Shown here: one piece after another, positions 1-10,055 of the stretch
Layout: every line of letters starts with the position of its first letter
Numbering within the stretch: the first letter of the stretch is position 1
Source of the DNA: Thainema sp.
GTDB taxonomy: Bacteria > Cyanobacteriota > Cyanobacteriia > Phormidesmidales > Phormidesmidaceae
Length of the DNA stretch: 64,000 bases
Reading direction: 5' to 3'
Assembly: GCA_052168235.1 (NCBI GenBank)
Contig: JBQLZK010000004.1
Span: forward strand, 96,001 to 160,000
Made by a program: the position numbers and the translations under genes
The notes under the pieces: generated by a model
Told to the model about the DNA's origin: nothing
Seen by the model: the letters and a program-made list of their open reading frames with translations, nothing else
Databases searched by the model: none

Positions 1-1761
1 GACGATGACTTCTTCAGCTTTGACCCAGCCGAAGACGGTATCGATTTCTTCGAATCCCTAGAAGCTATGCGGGTGACGGCACAAAACCTAGTTGCTGTTG
101 CTGGCACCAACGGCTTTGGCGAAATTTTTGCGATCGCAACCGATACCAATGCAACTGGAATTAGCGATCGCGGCACGCTCAACATCAGCCCTGATGACTT
201 CAATCCAGAGCGTATTCAAATTAACGAAGACTCTGACCTCTTCGACTTTGAGTTTCCGACGGTCGATGTGGGGGCGGAACTGGGCGATGTCACGGGCGTT
301 GTCGGCTACAGCTTTGGCAACTTCGAGATTTATCCCACCGAAGACTTCACAGCTACCATCCAGGACAGCACGCTCCAGGCTGAATCCAGCAGCATCACGG
401 GCAGCATCAACGATCTCACGATTGCCTCTTACAACGTGCTGAACCTCGACCCGAATGATGCGGATGGCGACACGGATATCGCCGATGGTCGGTTCGCGGC
501 CATTGCTGCCCAGATTGTTAACAGTCTCAATTCTCCAGACATCATCGGTTTGCAGGAGATCCAGGACAATAACGGTTCAGTCAATGACGGCACGACATCG
601 GCCAGTGAGACGCTGCAATTGCTCGTAGATGCGATCGCAGCCGCTGGTGGCCCCCAGTATGAATTTATCGACAATACCTTCATCATCGACGGCCAGAGCG
701 GTGGACAACCCGGTGGCAATATCCGCACCGCGTTTCTCTACAACCCTGACCGAGTTAACTTGGTAGAGGGGTCGGTGCAGCCCATTGGCAGCCAAGCTCC
801 TGGAGCGACATTTGCTGGCGCTCGCTTGCCGCTGGTGGCAACGTTAGAATTCAACGGCCAGGAAATCACCGTCGTTGACAATCACTTTTCGTCAAAAGGC
901 GGTAGCGCCCCCATTCTGGGCACGGAGCAGCCGTTTGAGGACTTGCAGGAAGATCCGGACGTAAACGGCAGCCTGAATGAGCGGCGCGAACAGGCCCAGG
1001 CCGTCAACGACTTTGTAGACGGCATTTTCGCCAATGATGCCGATGCTAACGTGGTCGTGCTCGGTGACCTAAACGAGTTTGAGTTTGTCTCGCCGCTCGA
1101 TATCTTGGCGGGCACAGTCGAGAGCCTCAACGCTGGACAGGCCATTCAGTCCACGGGTGAAGCTGCCGTTCTGACTAACTTGATCAACAACATTGACCCG
1201 GATGAGCGGTACAGCTTCATTTTTCAGGGCAACTCCCAACAGCTAGATCACATCCTGGTTAGTGACAGCCTGCTGAACGAGGCTGAGATTGACATTGTCC
1301 ATGTCAACACCGAGTTTGCTGAAACAGACAGTCGAGCCAGCGATCACGATCCGGTGTTAGCCAGCCTGTTCTTCTTTAACGAAATCACAGGTACTAATCG
1401 TCGGGATATTTTGGTGGGCACAGATGGGCGCGATCGCATTTTAGGTCTAGGTGGTAACGACTGCCTAACCGGAGGCGCAGGCGCAGACCTGTTCGTCTAT
1501 CAAAGCGCCAACGAATTGCGCGATCGCATCACCGATTTTGAAGTCGGAGTCGATCAGCTAGTGTTCACGGATCTGTTAGACAGCATCGGCTACACGGGCA
1601 GCGATCCACTGGCAGATGGTGTGATTACGCTCCGGCAGCTAGGAGCCGCAGGCACCCGCATTGAAGGCTTCGGCGGCCCCGGTCGATCGAAGTTCATTAC
1701 CCTCGAAGATGTGACGGTGGCTGAACTCAACAGTGCTGTTGAGACATCGTTTGTGTTCTAA
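1..1761 (+). CDS. Extracellular endonuclease/exonuclease/phosphatase (EEP) family nuclease with C-terminal RTX Ca-binding repeats; 5'-truncated by window edge
   Basis: Frame is open back to base 1. Motifs SYNVLNL, GLQEIQ, NHFSSKG, GDLNEF, QQLDH, SDHDP, followed by GGNDCLTGGAGADLF glycine-rich RTX repeats and a T1SS-like tail. Confidence 0.85.
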   Translation, partial: DDDFFSFDPAEDGIDFFESLEAMRVTAQNLVAVAGTNGFGEIFAIATDTNATGISDRGTLNISPDDFNPERIQINEDSDLFDFEFPTVDVGAELGDVTGVVGYSFGNFEIYPTEDFTATIQDSTLQAESSSITGSINDLTIASYNVLNLDPNDADGDTDIADGRFAAIAAQIVNSLNSPDIIGLQEIQDNNGSVNDGTTSASETLQLLVDAIAAAGGPQYEFIDNTFIIDGQSGGQPGGNIRTAFLYNPDRVNLVEGSVQPIGSQAPGATFAGARLPLVATLEFNGQEITVVDNHFSSKGGSAPILGTEQPFEDLQEDPDVNGSLNERREQAQAVNDFVDGIFANDADANVVVLGDLNEFEFVSPLDILAGTVESLNAGQAIQSTGEAAVLTNLINNIDPDERYSFIFQGNSQQLDHILVSDSLLNEAEIDIVHVNTEFAETDSRASDHDPVLASLFFFNEITGTNRRDILVGTDGRDRILGLGGNDCLTGGAGADLFVYQSANELRDRITDFEVGVDQLVFTDLLDSIGYTGSDPLADGVITLRQLGAAGTRIEGFGGPGRSKFITLEDVTVAELNSAVETSFVF

Positions 1762-1766
1762 TACGA

Positions 1767-1857
1767 AGCCTAGTTGAAAACCCCATTATGTATTTTTGCC
1801 CAATGCTTACGACGCAAGCATTGGGCAAAAATACATTGGGCGGACATACATGGACTT
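1767..1857. mobile_element. Miniature foldback element, family A (copy 1)
   Basis: 21-bp perfect stem 1788-1808/1816-1836. Flanks GAAAACCCC and CATACATGGACT match copies at ~5995-6085 (reverse) and ~42290-42482. Confidence 0.65.
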
Positions 1858-2069
1858 GATTAAGAAAACCACTTTCCGCTGACCTTTGACGAGATCTAAG
1901 ACGGTCGTTCGTCCTGGTCGAGGGGGACTGGGCGCAATCGAAATGCCCCCAGTAGGGCGGCTTGGGATTAACCGATGATGTGCTGACTATCTCCTACCAA
2001 TACTCAACACCTAGCAGTTCATTTGAATTAGTTAAAATAATCAATAACGTATCGCCAGAGGCAATCATC

Positions 2070-2762
2070 ATGTGTGGCCGAGTTGTCTGCTATTCGCCAC
2101 TCGAAGAAATTAGTGAAGCACTGGGAGCAACGCTTGATCCAAGCGCCCAGTATGGCTATGAACCCTCCTACAATTTGCCGCCCTCTAAACCCGTACCGAT
2201 TGTGTGCGAGATGGAGCAGGGTTCAGAACGCGAATCGCGGCGAGACAGTCGCGATCGCAGATTGCTGATGGCCAAATGGGGACTTTTGCCGCACTGGGCT
2301 AAAGATGAATCTTTGGCGTTCAAAACCTTCAATGCCAGAGCTGAAACCGTGCGGGAAAAGCCTGCCTATCGGGGCGCGTTTAAGTATCGCCGCTGCTTGA
2401 TTCCGGTGAATGGGTATTACGAATGGCGACGGAGTGGCAGTAAGAAGCAGCCGTTTTACTTTTCGCGGCAGGATGGCGACTTTATACGGCTGGCGGGACT
2501 GTTCGAGTTCTGGAAAGATGAACTGCTGACCTGCACCGTAATCACAACCGCAGCGAGCAATATGGCCGCCGAGGTGCATAACCGGATGCCCGTGGTGATT
2601 GAACCGGAGGATTCCGACACCTGGCTAAGCGCCAGTCCGAATGAGGCGTATGAGGTGCTGCACTCCGCAGGCACGAATGTGCTGAAGATGTACGAAGTCG
2701 ATCCGGTAGTCAACAATGCTCAACATGATGGTGCAGAGCTAATTACGCCATTGAGTGCATAG
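2070..2762 (+). CDS. SOS response-associated peptidase (SRAP/YedK/HMCES family, abasic-site protection)
   Basis: True start is MCGR at 2070 (catalytic Cys2). Motifs YNLPP, WGLLP, FNARAET, GYYEW, HNRMPV. Confidence 0.92.
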   Translation: MCGRVVCYSPLEEISEALGATLDPSAQYGYEPSYNLPPSKPVPIVCEMEQGSERESRRDSRDRRLLMAKWGLLPHWAKDESLAFKTFNARAETVREKPAYRGAFKYRRCLIPVNGYYEWRRSGSKKQPFYFSRQDGDFIRLAGLFEFWKDELLTCTVITTAASNMAAEVHNRMPVVIEPEDSDTWLSASPNEAYEVLHSAGTNVLKMYEVDPVVNNAQHDGAELITPLSA

Positions 2763-2919
2763 TCGAAATCAAACGGCTCCCATTAAAAGAATTTGCTGAT
2801 ATTGGGCAGATCAATCTAAATTTCTCTTGCTGCGATCGCTGACAGCCTATTGTTTTACTTTTGCTATACGGAATTACGCGAAGGGTGATGCTGAACTGCG
2901 ATCGCAATCGAGTATCTGC

Positions 2920-2990
2920 GTAGGTTGGGCATTGCCCTCCATGATCTTAGAACTTAGACAGTAAGCCAGTGGTGGGCCTTGCCTACCCTT
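2920..2990. repeat. REP-like doublet (GTAGGTTGGGCATTGCCC...GGTGGGCCTTGCCTACCCT)
   Basis: Two degenerate GTAG-type short palindromes. The spacer (CTTAGACAGTAAGCCAGTGG) recurs at ~14712-14730. Confidence 0.5.
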
Positions 2991-3359
2991 ATTTTTAAAT
3001 AATTTAGGTTGGGTCGTTTGAGCCGTTCCGAGAAAATGCCGCCATGAGAGTTTGGTTAACGGAGCGGCACATCGCCTGCATCAGTCCTAAAATTGGTTGT
3101 ACTAACCCATTTAGTATCAAATGCCCGTTGCCATGCGTAATTCGTCAGTAAAAATGCTGATTCTAAAGTGATTCAATCTCCTGTCTGAGTACAAAATCCG
3201 CTGATCAAAACTAGCTTTTATTGATTGTGAACGTCAGGCTGTATCTGGCGTTCATCAAAAAAACTTAGGTTCTTTCGATTCGGATTCAATATAAACAGCC
3301 CTGGAATTGAATTTTAGCGGCATTTCGATCGCATCTCGATTGCTTAAAGAGGTCTCACC

Positions 3360-4910
3360 ATGAAGATTGAAACACTGCTCGGACAATATGCTGCGGGTCA
3401 GCGAGACTTTGTCGGGATTGAACTGAGTGAAGCGAAATGTATTGGTCAAAATCTATCGGGTATCAATCTGCAGCAGGCGACACTGACGGTGGCCAATTTT
3501 TCAGGCACGAATTTGAGTCGTGCCAATCTGAGCCAGGCCAAGCTGAATGTGGCTCGATTGAATGGTGCGAACTTAAGCCATAGCAACTTGCTCGGTGCAA
3601 GTTTGAACGTCGCTAATTTAATTCAAGCGATCGCACTAGGCGCTAATCTTCGTAATGCTTCTCTCGTCCGGGCTGAGATGATTCGAGCTGAACTGAGTGG
3701 CGGTTTGTTGCAGAATAGCGACCTGAGTGAGGCCGATTTACGGGAAATCAAGCTCCGTCGGGCCAATTTGCTCAACGCCAATCTGAATAAAGCCGACTTG
3801 CGGGGCGCAGTTTTGACAGAAGCCTATCTCAGTCAGGCCAACTTTCATATGGCGGATTTGGGGCGAGCAGATTTGCGGGGAGCCGACTTACGGGATTGCG
3901 AACTGCGCCACGCCAATTTGGTCAAGGCCAACCTAATGGGGGCCAACTTAGCCGGGGCTAATCTGCGCTGGGCCGATCTCAGCGGTGCCAATTTGCAGGG
4001 AGCCGATCTGAGTCAGGCTAAACTCAGTGGAGCCACATTGGTGGGCGCAATCTTGACGGATGCCGATTTAACTAACGCGAGTCTGGTTCATTCTGATTTG
4101 GCTCAGGCAAATCTGATCAACGCCGACTTGACCGGAGCCGATTTGACCGGAACGACCCTAACCGGGGCCAAGCTATACAACGTCGCTCGGTTTCGGCTGA
4201 CGGGCCAGGACATGCAGTGCGACTGGATTGACGTGAGTCCCAACGGCGACAACACGCAGCGCCATCATTTTGAGTCGGCAGAAGCGATTTATCAATTTTT
4301 CAATCAGGTTTCGCCAACGGTTGAAATCGTGATTGATGCAGTGCTGACGCCTGCTACTCATCTTGCACTGGCGGCAGCCTATCACCAGCTAGCCAAGCAG
4401 AAGGTAGGACTCAATCATCCGCCCAATATTGAAATTGGCCGTCATCGTACCCGCTTACTCTTTCACGTCGCCCAAGATGATGCGCTGTTAGCTACTGCAT
4501 ACGCTGCGATCGCACCCTTTCAGGATGCGGCAACCACGCAAAAAAATTTGCTGGCATTGGCCAATCTGAGTCAAAACAAAACGCTGATTCGTCAAGATAC
4601 CGCCTGCGATCGCATTCAGGCAATGATTCAAGCCTTGACTCAGGTTCAAGATACACTCAAACACATGGAAATTAGCCCGCAGGCAGTTGTGGATACGGAT
4701 GTGGCGGATTTCTTAAAAATGCCGACTCAAACGCTGCTGACCAACTCCTGCGATCGCCAACTCCGCATACACCAAAACCTTCAGTTTGGTAAGCAATCGC
4801 TAAACCTCGACGAAGAGCTGATGAAAGCCCTGAAAGTTAACCTGCCGCGCCAAACAGTTCCCCTCGATGAGCAGGCCGTCCTCCGATTTATCGAAGGATT
4901 GCTGATGTAG
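3360..4910 (+). CDS. Pentapeptide repeat protein with uncharacterised C-terminal domain
   Basis: About 250 aa of A(N/D)LxX repeats after an LLxQYAAGQRDF N-cap. Confidence 0.9.
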   Translation: MKIETLLGQYAAGQRDFVGIELSEAKCIGQNLSGINLQQATLTVANFSGTNLSRANLSQAKLNVARLNGANLSHSNLLGASLNVANLIQAIALGANLRNASLVRAEMIRAELSGGLLQNSDLSEADLREIKLRRANLLNANLNKADLRGAVLTEAYLSQANFHMADLGRADLRGADLRDCELRHANLVKANLMGANLAGANLRWADLSGANLQGADLSQAKLSGATLVGAILTDADLTNASLVHSDLAQANLINADLTGADLTGTTLTGAKLYNVARFRLTGQDMQCDWIDVSPNGDNTQRHHFESAEAIYQFFNQVSPTVEIVIDAVLTPATHLALAAAYHQLAKQKVGLNHPPNIEIGRHRTRLLFHVAQDDALLATAYAAIAPFQDAATTQKNLLALANLSQNKTLIRQDTACDRIQAMIQALTQVQDTLKHMEISPQAVVDTDVADFLKMPTQTLLTNSCDRQLRIHQNLQFGKQSLNLDEELMKALKVNLPRQTVPLDEQAVLRFIEGLLM

Positions 4911-5011
4911 AAAGTGAGATTCGGACATAACGGGGGTTTACCGCAATTCGTTAGGATAGAAGCAAATATTAAGAAGCGTATCGGCAATTCTTAGACCCGC
5001 ATCCCAACCTT

Positions 5012-5989
5012 ATGACCCTAGAGATTCCTCGATCAACAGCAGTCCCCCCACCTGCCACTACTCCCATCGCGTTAGAAGCATCCGGTTTGAAAAAAGGCTA
5101 TGGCAACGGCAAGCAGCGGGTAGAGGCGGTGCGGCATGTTTCCCTGGATTTGCATTTGGGTGAGGTTCTGGCCTTCTTGGGGCCAAACGGCGCGGGTAAA
5201 ACCACCTCAATCAAGATGATTGCGGGGCTGATCCGTCCCGATCAGGGCTGGGTGAAAATTGCAGGCCAAGATCCTCATCACGACCCAAAAGCGCTGCGGC
5301 TGGTCGGAGCTGTTTTGGAAGGCAACCGCAATCTCTACTGGCGACTAACGCCGCTGGAAAATTTAGCGTATTTCGGTGTTCTGCGTGGGTTGACCCGCCG
5401 CCAAGCCCATCGCCACGGGCTAGAGCTGCTGGAGCAGTTCGACCTGATGGATAAGCGTAAAACGCCCGTGAAAAACCTGTCGCGGGGGATGCAGCAGAAA
5501 CTTGCGATCGCAGTTGCTCTGGTGCATAAACCTCGGCTGCTGCTGCTGGATGAGCCGACGCTGGGGCTGGATGTGGAAGCTAGTGAACATGTGAAGCAAC
5601 TGGTACGAGCAGTTGCCAAAGCAGGCTGTGCCATCTTGCTCACTACCCATCAGCTAGATGTGGCGGAAGAACTGTCGGATCGGGTAGCCGTTATCCGTCA
5701 AGGCGAAATTATTGCTCAGCGCCCTACCCGTGACTTGATTCGCGAGTTTTCTGGTTCCTCCTATCGGATTGAGCTAGAGCACGATCTGGATGCCGCTCGC
5801 CAGCAGGCGATTATGGCACTCGGTGCTGTGGTGGATGCTCGGCACGTTACCTACACGGGCGAACCCGCTGGTTTATATCAAATTCTGCGTATCCTGGAGC
5901 CGCTGCCGTTTGTTCAGGTGAAGAAAGATGCCGCCGATCTAACGGCGGTATTTCTCAAGCTGGTACGCAGTGATGTCTCGGCAATGTAA
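5012..5989 (+). CDS. ABC exporter ATP-binding protein (DrrA/CcmA-like)
   Basis: Walker A GPNGAGKT, signature LSRGMQQK, Walker B LLLLDEP, H-loop TTH. Confidence 0.9.
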   Translation: MTLEIPRSTAVPPPATTPIALEASGLKKGYGNGKQRVEAVRHVSLDLHLGEVLAFLGPNGAGKTTSIKMIAGLIRPDQGWVKIAGQDPHHDPKALRLVGAVLEGNRNLYWRLTPLENLAYFGVLRGLTRRQAHRHGLELLEQFDLMDKRKTPVKNLSRGMQQKLAIAVALVHKPRLLLLDEPTLGLDVEASEHVKQLVRAVAKAGCAILLTTHQLDVAEELSDRVAVIRQGEIIAQRPTRDLIREFSGSSYRIELEHDLDAARQQAIMALGAVVDARHVTYTGEPAGLYQILRILEPLPFVQVKKDAADLTAVFLKLVRSDVSAM

Positions 5990-5994
5990 TGTCC

Positions 5995-6085
5995 AGTCTG
6001 TGTATTAAAACCGATCTATTTTCTACGAAACTCTCGCTTAGCGAGAGTTTCGTAGAAAATAGATCACGGGTTTTCATCCAGAATT
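5995..6085. mobile_element. Miniature foldback element, family A (copy 2)
   Basis: 26-bp perfect stem 6013-6038/6040-6065 with apex GC-TTA-GC. Flanks AGTCTGTGTATTAAAACC and CACGGGTTTT. Confidence 0.7.
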
Positions 6086-6104
6086 CGTGTAGTGTATTTT
6101 CCCT

Positions 6105-6884
6105 ATGAACTTCATTGAACTTCTAATCGCTGAACTGCGCCGCAGTTGGACGGAATTTATTCGCTATCCGGCAGAGGTGATTGGCGGCATCATTATCATC
6201 ACGTCGGTATTCTACGGTCTGTTTCTCAGCGCCCGCTATATGACTGGCCCCGCCACACAGTTTGGCGATCGGTTGGATGCCATCGTCATTGGCTACGTGC
6301 TGTGGACACTGACCATTTATCTGATCAACGACATTGCCAATAACCTCCAGCTCGAAGCTCAGACAGGTATCCTAGAGCAGGTTTTCCTCTCGCCGTTTGG
6401 TGCGCCCCAAGTGTTTCTCGCCCGTGCGATCGCAAGTTTAACCCTACGCTTCAGCCTGATCGCGATTATTCTCAGCATCATCATCACCATCACGGGCAGC
6501 CGCCTTCAGTTTCCGCCCACGCTGGTGCTGCCGCTGGCGACGATGCTGCTCGGCGGTTACGGTCTAGCCTTCACGATGGGTTCCTGTGCGCTGCTGTTTA
6601 AGCGCGTCCAGCAGTTACTAGGACTGTTCCAGTTCGTCTTGCTCTTCCTGCTGGCTGTTCCCACGGAAACCTGGACGGGCTGGATGCACTGGATTACCCT
6701 TGCCATCCCGATGATTCCCAGCGTTGAACTGCTACGTAGCTTAATGGCGCGAGGAGAAGGCTTAGACCTCGCCCAGTTCTCATTAGCCTTTGCGAATGGT
6801 TTTGGTTACTTTCTACTGGGGCTTTTCCTGTTCCGCTGGGCCGAACGTCGAGCAAAACAACGCGGTATTTTGGCGGGTTATTGA
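6105..6884 (+). CDS. ABC-2 type exporter permease
   Basis: About 6 hydrophobic segments and an ExxxGxLE-like motif (EAQTGILEQVFLSP). Directly follows the ABC ATPase. Confidence 0.85.
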   Translation: MNFIELLIAELRRSWTEFIRYPAEVIGGIIIITSVFYGLFLSARYMTGPATQFGDRLDAIVIGYVLWTLTIYLINDIANNLQLEAQTGILEQVFLSPFGAPQVFLARAIASLTLRFSLIAIILSIIITITGSRLQFPPTLVLPLATMLLGGYGLAFTMGSCALLFKRVQQLLGLFQFVLLFLLAVPTETWTGWMHWITLAIPMIPSVELLRSLMARGEGLDLAQFSLAFANGFGYFLLGLFLFRWAERRAKQRGILAGY

Positions 6885-6918
6885 TAGCTGGTTGGTTGAG
6901 ACATCAGGAAATTCTGAA

Positions 6919-6956
6919 AACGTTTAAACGTTGGAACGTTCGAACGTTCCAACGTT
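6919..6956. repeat. Short tandem repeat: 5 x AACGTT at 8-bp period
   Basis: AACGTT starts at 6919, 6927, 6935, 6943 and 6951. Confidence 0.85.
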
Positions 6957-7010
6957 GGATTCTGTAACTGTGACAACTTAAACGCGACGGCTACTGCTCA
7001 GCACTCCCCG

Positions 7011-7256
7011 CTACTTGGCCGAACTAAATCGCTTGGATACCCAGCTAATTGCGCCGCTGATCAGCGCTCCGGCCATTAGGATACCGATGGATGGCATAAA
7101 GATGGGTTCCCAGAGAGAATACCAAATATCAAAGCCTAGTGGAATGTCTGTCGCTCGTCCAACTAATGCGATCGCAAACCAGGTAAAGCTTGCTAGGACG
7201 AAAAAGATGTTGGCGACCAGTAGCCAGTTTAACCAGTTGATTAACGTGTCTTTCAT
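7011..7256 (-). CDS. Small two-TM membrane protein, hypothetical
   Basis: 81 aa with two hydrophobic helices and an ATG start. Confidence 0.75.
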   Translation of the reverse strand: MKDTLINWLNWLLVANIFFVLASFTWFAIALVGRATDIPLGFDIWYSLWEPIFMPSIGILMAGALISGAISWVSKRFSSAK

Positions 7257-7397
7257 GAATTAATGAATGGGATCTCGGCAGCACTCAATCTCGCTCGGCT
7301 CAACGAATGTTCAGAACTGGATAGCCCTCAACATCAAGAGTCTCAATTTTAAGTATCCTATCGTGAGCGGTACGGATACCATGTTTCATTCGGTAAA

Positions 7398-7497
7398 CGG
7401 ATATCTTGCACCATTCACAATAGAACCGGAAGAGGTGATTTTGCCGCCGCATCGCGGCGGCAAAATCACCCTTTTGGGTTTTGATGCAAGATGTGGG
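7398..7497. mobile_element. MITE family B (copy 1)
   Basis: Terminal ATCTTGCA/TGCAAGAT. Central 17-bp stem 7434-7450/7454-7470 with apex GC-ATC-GC. Homologous to 40817-40916 and 63926-64000. Confidence 0.8.
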
Positions 7498-7509
7498 CCA
7501 ACCTTATGT

Positions 7510-7575
7510 GTAGGGGCGGGTTTGGCCATCACGTTTTGATTCAAGTCCAAATTGCTCAACAAAACCCGCCCTCCA
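7510..7575. repeat. GTAG-type REP pair (REPIN-like)
   Basis: GTAGGGGCGGGTTT...AAAACCCGCCCTCC. A reverse-oriented homolog lies at 35579-35645. Confidence 0.7.
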
Positions 7576-7595
7576 GTCCAGACGCCTCACGATAG

Positions 7596-7916
7596 CTAAC
7601 TGAGATTGCCGTGAATCGCCAACCAAATGCAGTGGGGATTGGTTGTGGTGGATTCAACTCGGTGACGCTGATGCGCTGGAATAAACAGATAGTCCCCGGC
7701 TTTTAGATGCACTCGTTCGCCATTTTCGTAGGCCAGTTCTGCCTCTCCCTGGAGTAAAACTACCCATTCATCCTGTGCCTGGTCGTACCATTCTCCAGGC
7801 GGTGTCGTATGCCCAGTCGAGATGATGCGCTCAATCCGGCAATGAGAACTGGCTGCAAGAACTTCAAAGTATTCGTCTGGGGGCAAGTTGGCTGGCAAAT
7901 CGAACAAATTCGGCAT
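7596..7916 (-). CDS. Cupin domain protein
   Basis: RIERIISTGH, WYDQxxDEWVVLLQG and IPAHQRHRV cupin motifs. Likely start is MPNLF at 7916. Confidence 0.85.
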   Translation of the reverse strand: MPNLFDLPANLPPDEYFEVLAASSHCRIERIISTGHTTPPGEWYDQAQDEWVVLLQGEAELAYENGERVHLKAGDYLFIPAHQRHRVESTTTNPHCIWLAIHGNLS

Positions 7917-7929
7917 AACTTCGGCATAC

Positions 7930-9195
7930 CTACTGTTTGTCACGTTGAATAACTCGGTGATCGAGGTTGATCAAAATGGCAATTGCGATCGCAATACTGG
8001 CAGCGGCAATCAGCCAAAACTGGTAAATGAACGGTTCACCCTGATCAATGGCCCAACCGCCGATGGGCGGACCAATCGCATAGCCCACTGCCCAGCAAAG
8101 AGAGTTGATTGAAAAGTAAACCCCGCGTAGATTATCGGGCGCTAAGTCTACGACCAGAGATGACGAAGAGGGGGTATACGCGACATTGGCGAGAGATACA
8201 ACCGCTAGCATCACCAGCGCAACTGGGATGGCCCCGGTAGACACGATACCTGTCAGACTGGTTAGGCAAAATCCAAGTCCCCAACAGAGAGCAGACAAAA
8301 TCAGCGCTTGAGCATAGCGGAACCGCTTTAGGAAGCGTACGACTGGAATCTGTAAGGCGACCAGCAGCGCAACGTGCCAAGTAAACAGCACGGTAATCAT
8401 CGCTGCCGATAAGCCCAGTTCCTCAGTTGTCCGACCTTCACCGACGAACTGCTTGAAATAAAGCGGTAGTGTGCTTTGGGTTTGAGCAATATAGGTCGTA
8501 AACAGCACGTTGACCAAGGCAAACACCAGCAGGGTGCGATCGCGCAGGGCCGTTATCCAGCCGCTAAAAAAGGACGGAATATCGTCAGCAATCGGTCGCA
8601 TGGCTGCGATCGCAAAATAAATCACGCCAAAGAAGAAGACATAGGTGATGCCATCCACCACAAACAGCAGCCGATACAGTCCCGTCAGGGAAATCATCGC
8701 GCCGCCCAGCACCACTCCCAAACCCAATCCTAAACTGTCGGACAATCGGACAATCGCATAGGCTTCATTGCGCTGCTCATCACTGGCTAAATCCGCCACC
8801 AGCGACTCCGACGCAGGCCAGTAGAGGCCGATCCCCAGTCCCATCAGCAAATTCCCCATCAGCAGCGTGGGAAAACTGTTGGTAAAGGTGAGCACCAAAT
8901 CTGCGATCGCAGAAATGGCTGCCGCCATCAGCAAGACTTTGCGGCGACCAAATCGAGGGGAGTCTGACCAGGAACCGCCCAGAATCCGGCCCAGAATCCC
9001 GGTGATGGACTCGCTGCCAATACCGATCCCCACCAGCGTTGCGGATAGGCCCACCTCCTCTACAAAAAAGATGGGGGCATAGAATAGAACAAAGCCAACC
9101 CCAAGCTGCGACAGCAATCGTCCAGCCGACAAAATCCAGATTCGTCGGTCAAGCTGCGGTAGCCAGTTCAAAATTTTTTGACCGATGAATTTCAT
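7930..9195 (-). CDS. MFS transporter
   Basis: About 12 TM segments and MFS motif A variant GGSWSDSPRFGRRKVLL. Start chosen at MKFIG (9195); the ORF is open to 9240. Confidence 0.88.
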   Translation of the reverse strand: MKFIGQKILNWLPQLDRRIWILSAGRLLSQLGVGFVLFYAPIFFVEEVGLSATLVGIGIGSESITGILGRILGGSWSDSPRFGRRKVLLMAAAISAIADLVLTFTNSFPTLLMGNLLMGLGIGLYWPASESLVADLASDEQRNEAYAIVRLSDSLGLGLGVVLGGAMISLTGLYRLLFVVDGITYVFFFGVIYFAIAAMRPIADDIPSFFSGWITALRDRTLLVFALVNVLFTTYIAQTQSTLPLYFKQFVGEGRTTEELGLSAAMITVLFTWHVALLVALQIPVVRFLKRFRYAQALILSALCWGLGFCLTSLTGIVSTGAIPVALVMLAVVSLANVAYTPSSSSLVVDLAPDNLRGVYFSINSLCWAVGYAIGPPIGGWAIDQGEPFIYQFWLIAAASIAIAIAILINLDHRVIQRDKQ

Positions 9196-9291
9196 AATGA
9201 ATATGTAGCAAAGATGGTATGCACGCAAACGCCTCTCCATTAGACTCGAAAGGAAACGCTTTGCAAACCCAACTCACGAATTTCAATAGCG

Positions 9292-10041
9292 ATGCCCAAG
9301 TTTCTGCTAATTACTGATTTGGATAACACATTAGTGGGTGATGATGAGGCGCTCGATCAACTCAATCATCGACTCACAGAGCATCGCAAACGCTACGGCA
9401 GTCTGCTGGTTTACTCTACAGGGCGTTCGCGTGAACTGTATTATCAGCTCAGGGCTGAAAAATCACTTCTAGAGCCAGACGCTTTGATTCTAGCGGTGGG
9501 TACCTTAATTTTTCACAAGGGCAGTCATACGTCTGACTCAACCTGGCATGAAATTCTATCTCAAGGTTGGGATCGCGCTCGCATCGAATCGATTACCGCT
9601 CCCTTTCCTGAACTTGTTTTTCAGCCTGCCTCTGAACAGAACGAGTTTAAGGTGAGCTTTTATGTGAAGCCAGAACAAGCAGCCGTCATAATTCCACGCC
9701 TCAAAAACTTAATGCTAGAACATGAGCTAGATGTTCAGTTTGTCTACAGCAGCAATCACGATTTGGATATTTTGCCGACGCGCGGCAATAAAGGTTCAGC
9801 CCTGATTTTTCTGCGCCACGCGTTGGGCATGGAGCGGGAGGAAACGGTGGTCTGCGGTGATTCTGGCAACGATCAGGCCATGTTTGCGGTAAATGAATCC
9901 CTCGGCATTATTGTCGGTAATGCCCAATCAGAGCTTCTAGACTGGCATCATGCAAATCCATCCGCTGCTCGCTACTTGGCGAAGGCTCACTGTGCCGGCG
10001 GGATTACAGAAGGGCTACACTACTTTGGTCTTCTAGACTAA
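9292..10041 (+). CDS. spp: Sucrose-phosphate phosphatase (HAD IIB)
   Basis: DLDNTL, YSTGRS, KVSF, LDILP, GDSGND and VGNA motifs typical of cyanobacterial SPP. Confidence 0.85.
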   Translation: MPKFLLITDLDNTLVGDDEALDQLNHRLTEHRKRYGSLLVYSTGRSRELYYQLRAEKSLLEPDALILAVGTLIFHKGSHTSDSTWHEILSQGWDRARIESITAPFPELVFQPASEQNEFKVSFYVKPEQAAVIIPRLKNLMLEHELDVQFVYSSNHDLDILPTRGNKGSALIFLRHALGMEREETVVCGDSGNDQAMFAVNESLGIIVGNAQSELLDWHHANPSAARYLAKAHCAGGITEGLHYFGLLD

Positions 10042-10055
10042 CTTGTTCAACCACT

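Noticed and set aside
1962..2069. N-terminal extension of SRAP in the ORF track
   Set aside because: SRAP proteins need Cys at position 2, so the start is 2070.
5012..6884. ABC exporter as part of a RiPP cluster with the Nif11 peptide
   Set aside because: It is about 10 kb away with housekeeping genes between, and no precursor or maturase is adjacent.
7267..7539. Short ORFs spanning repeat elements (also 50920-51108, 40374-40571, 45268-45462)
   Set aside because: They run through MITE or palindrome DNA and show no protein motif.
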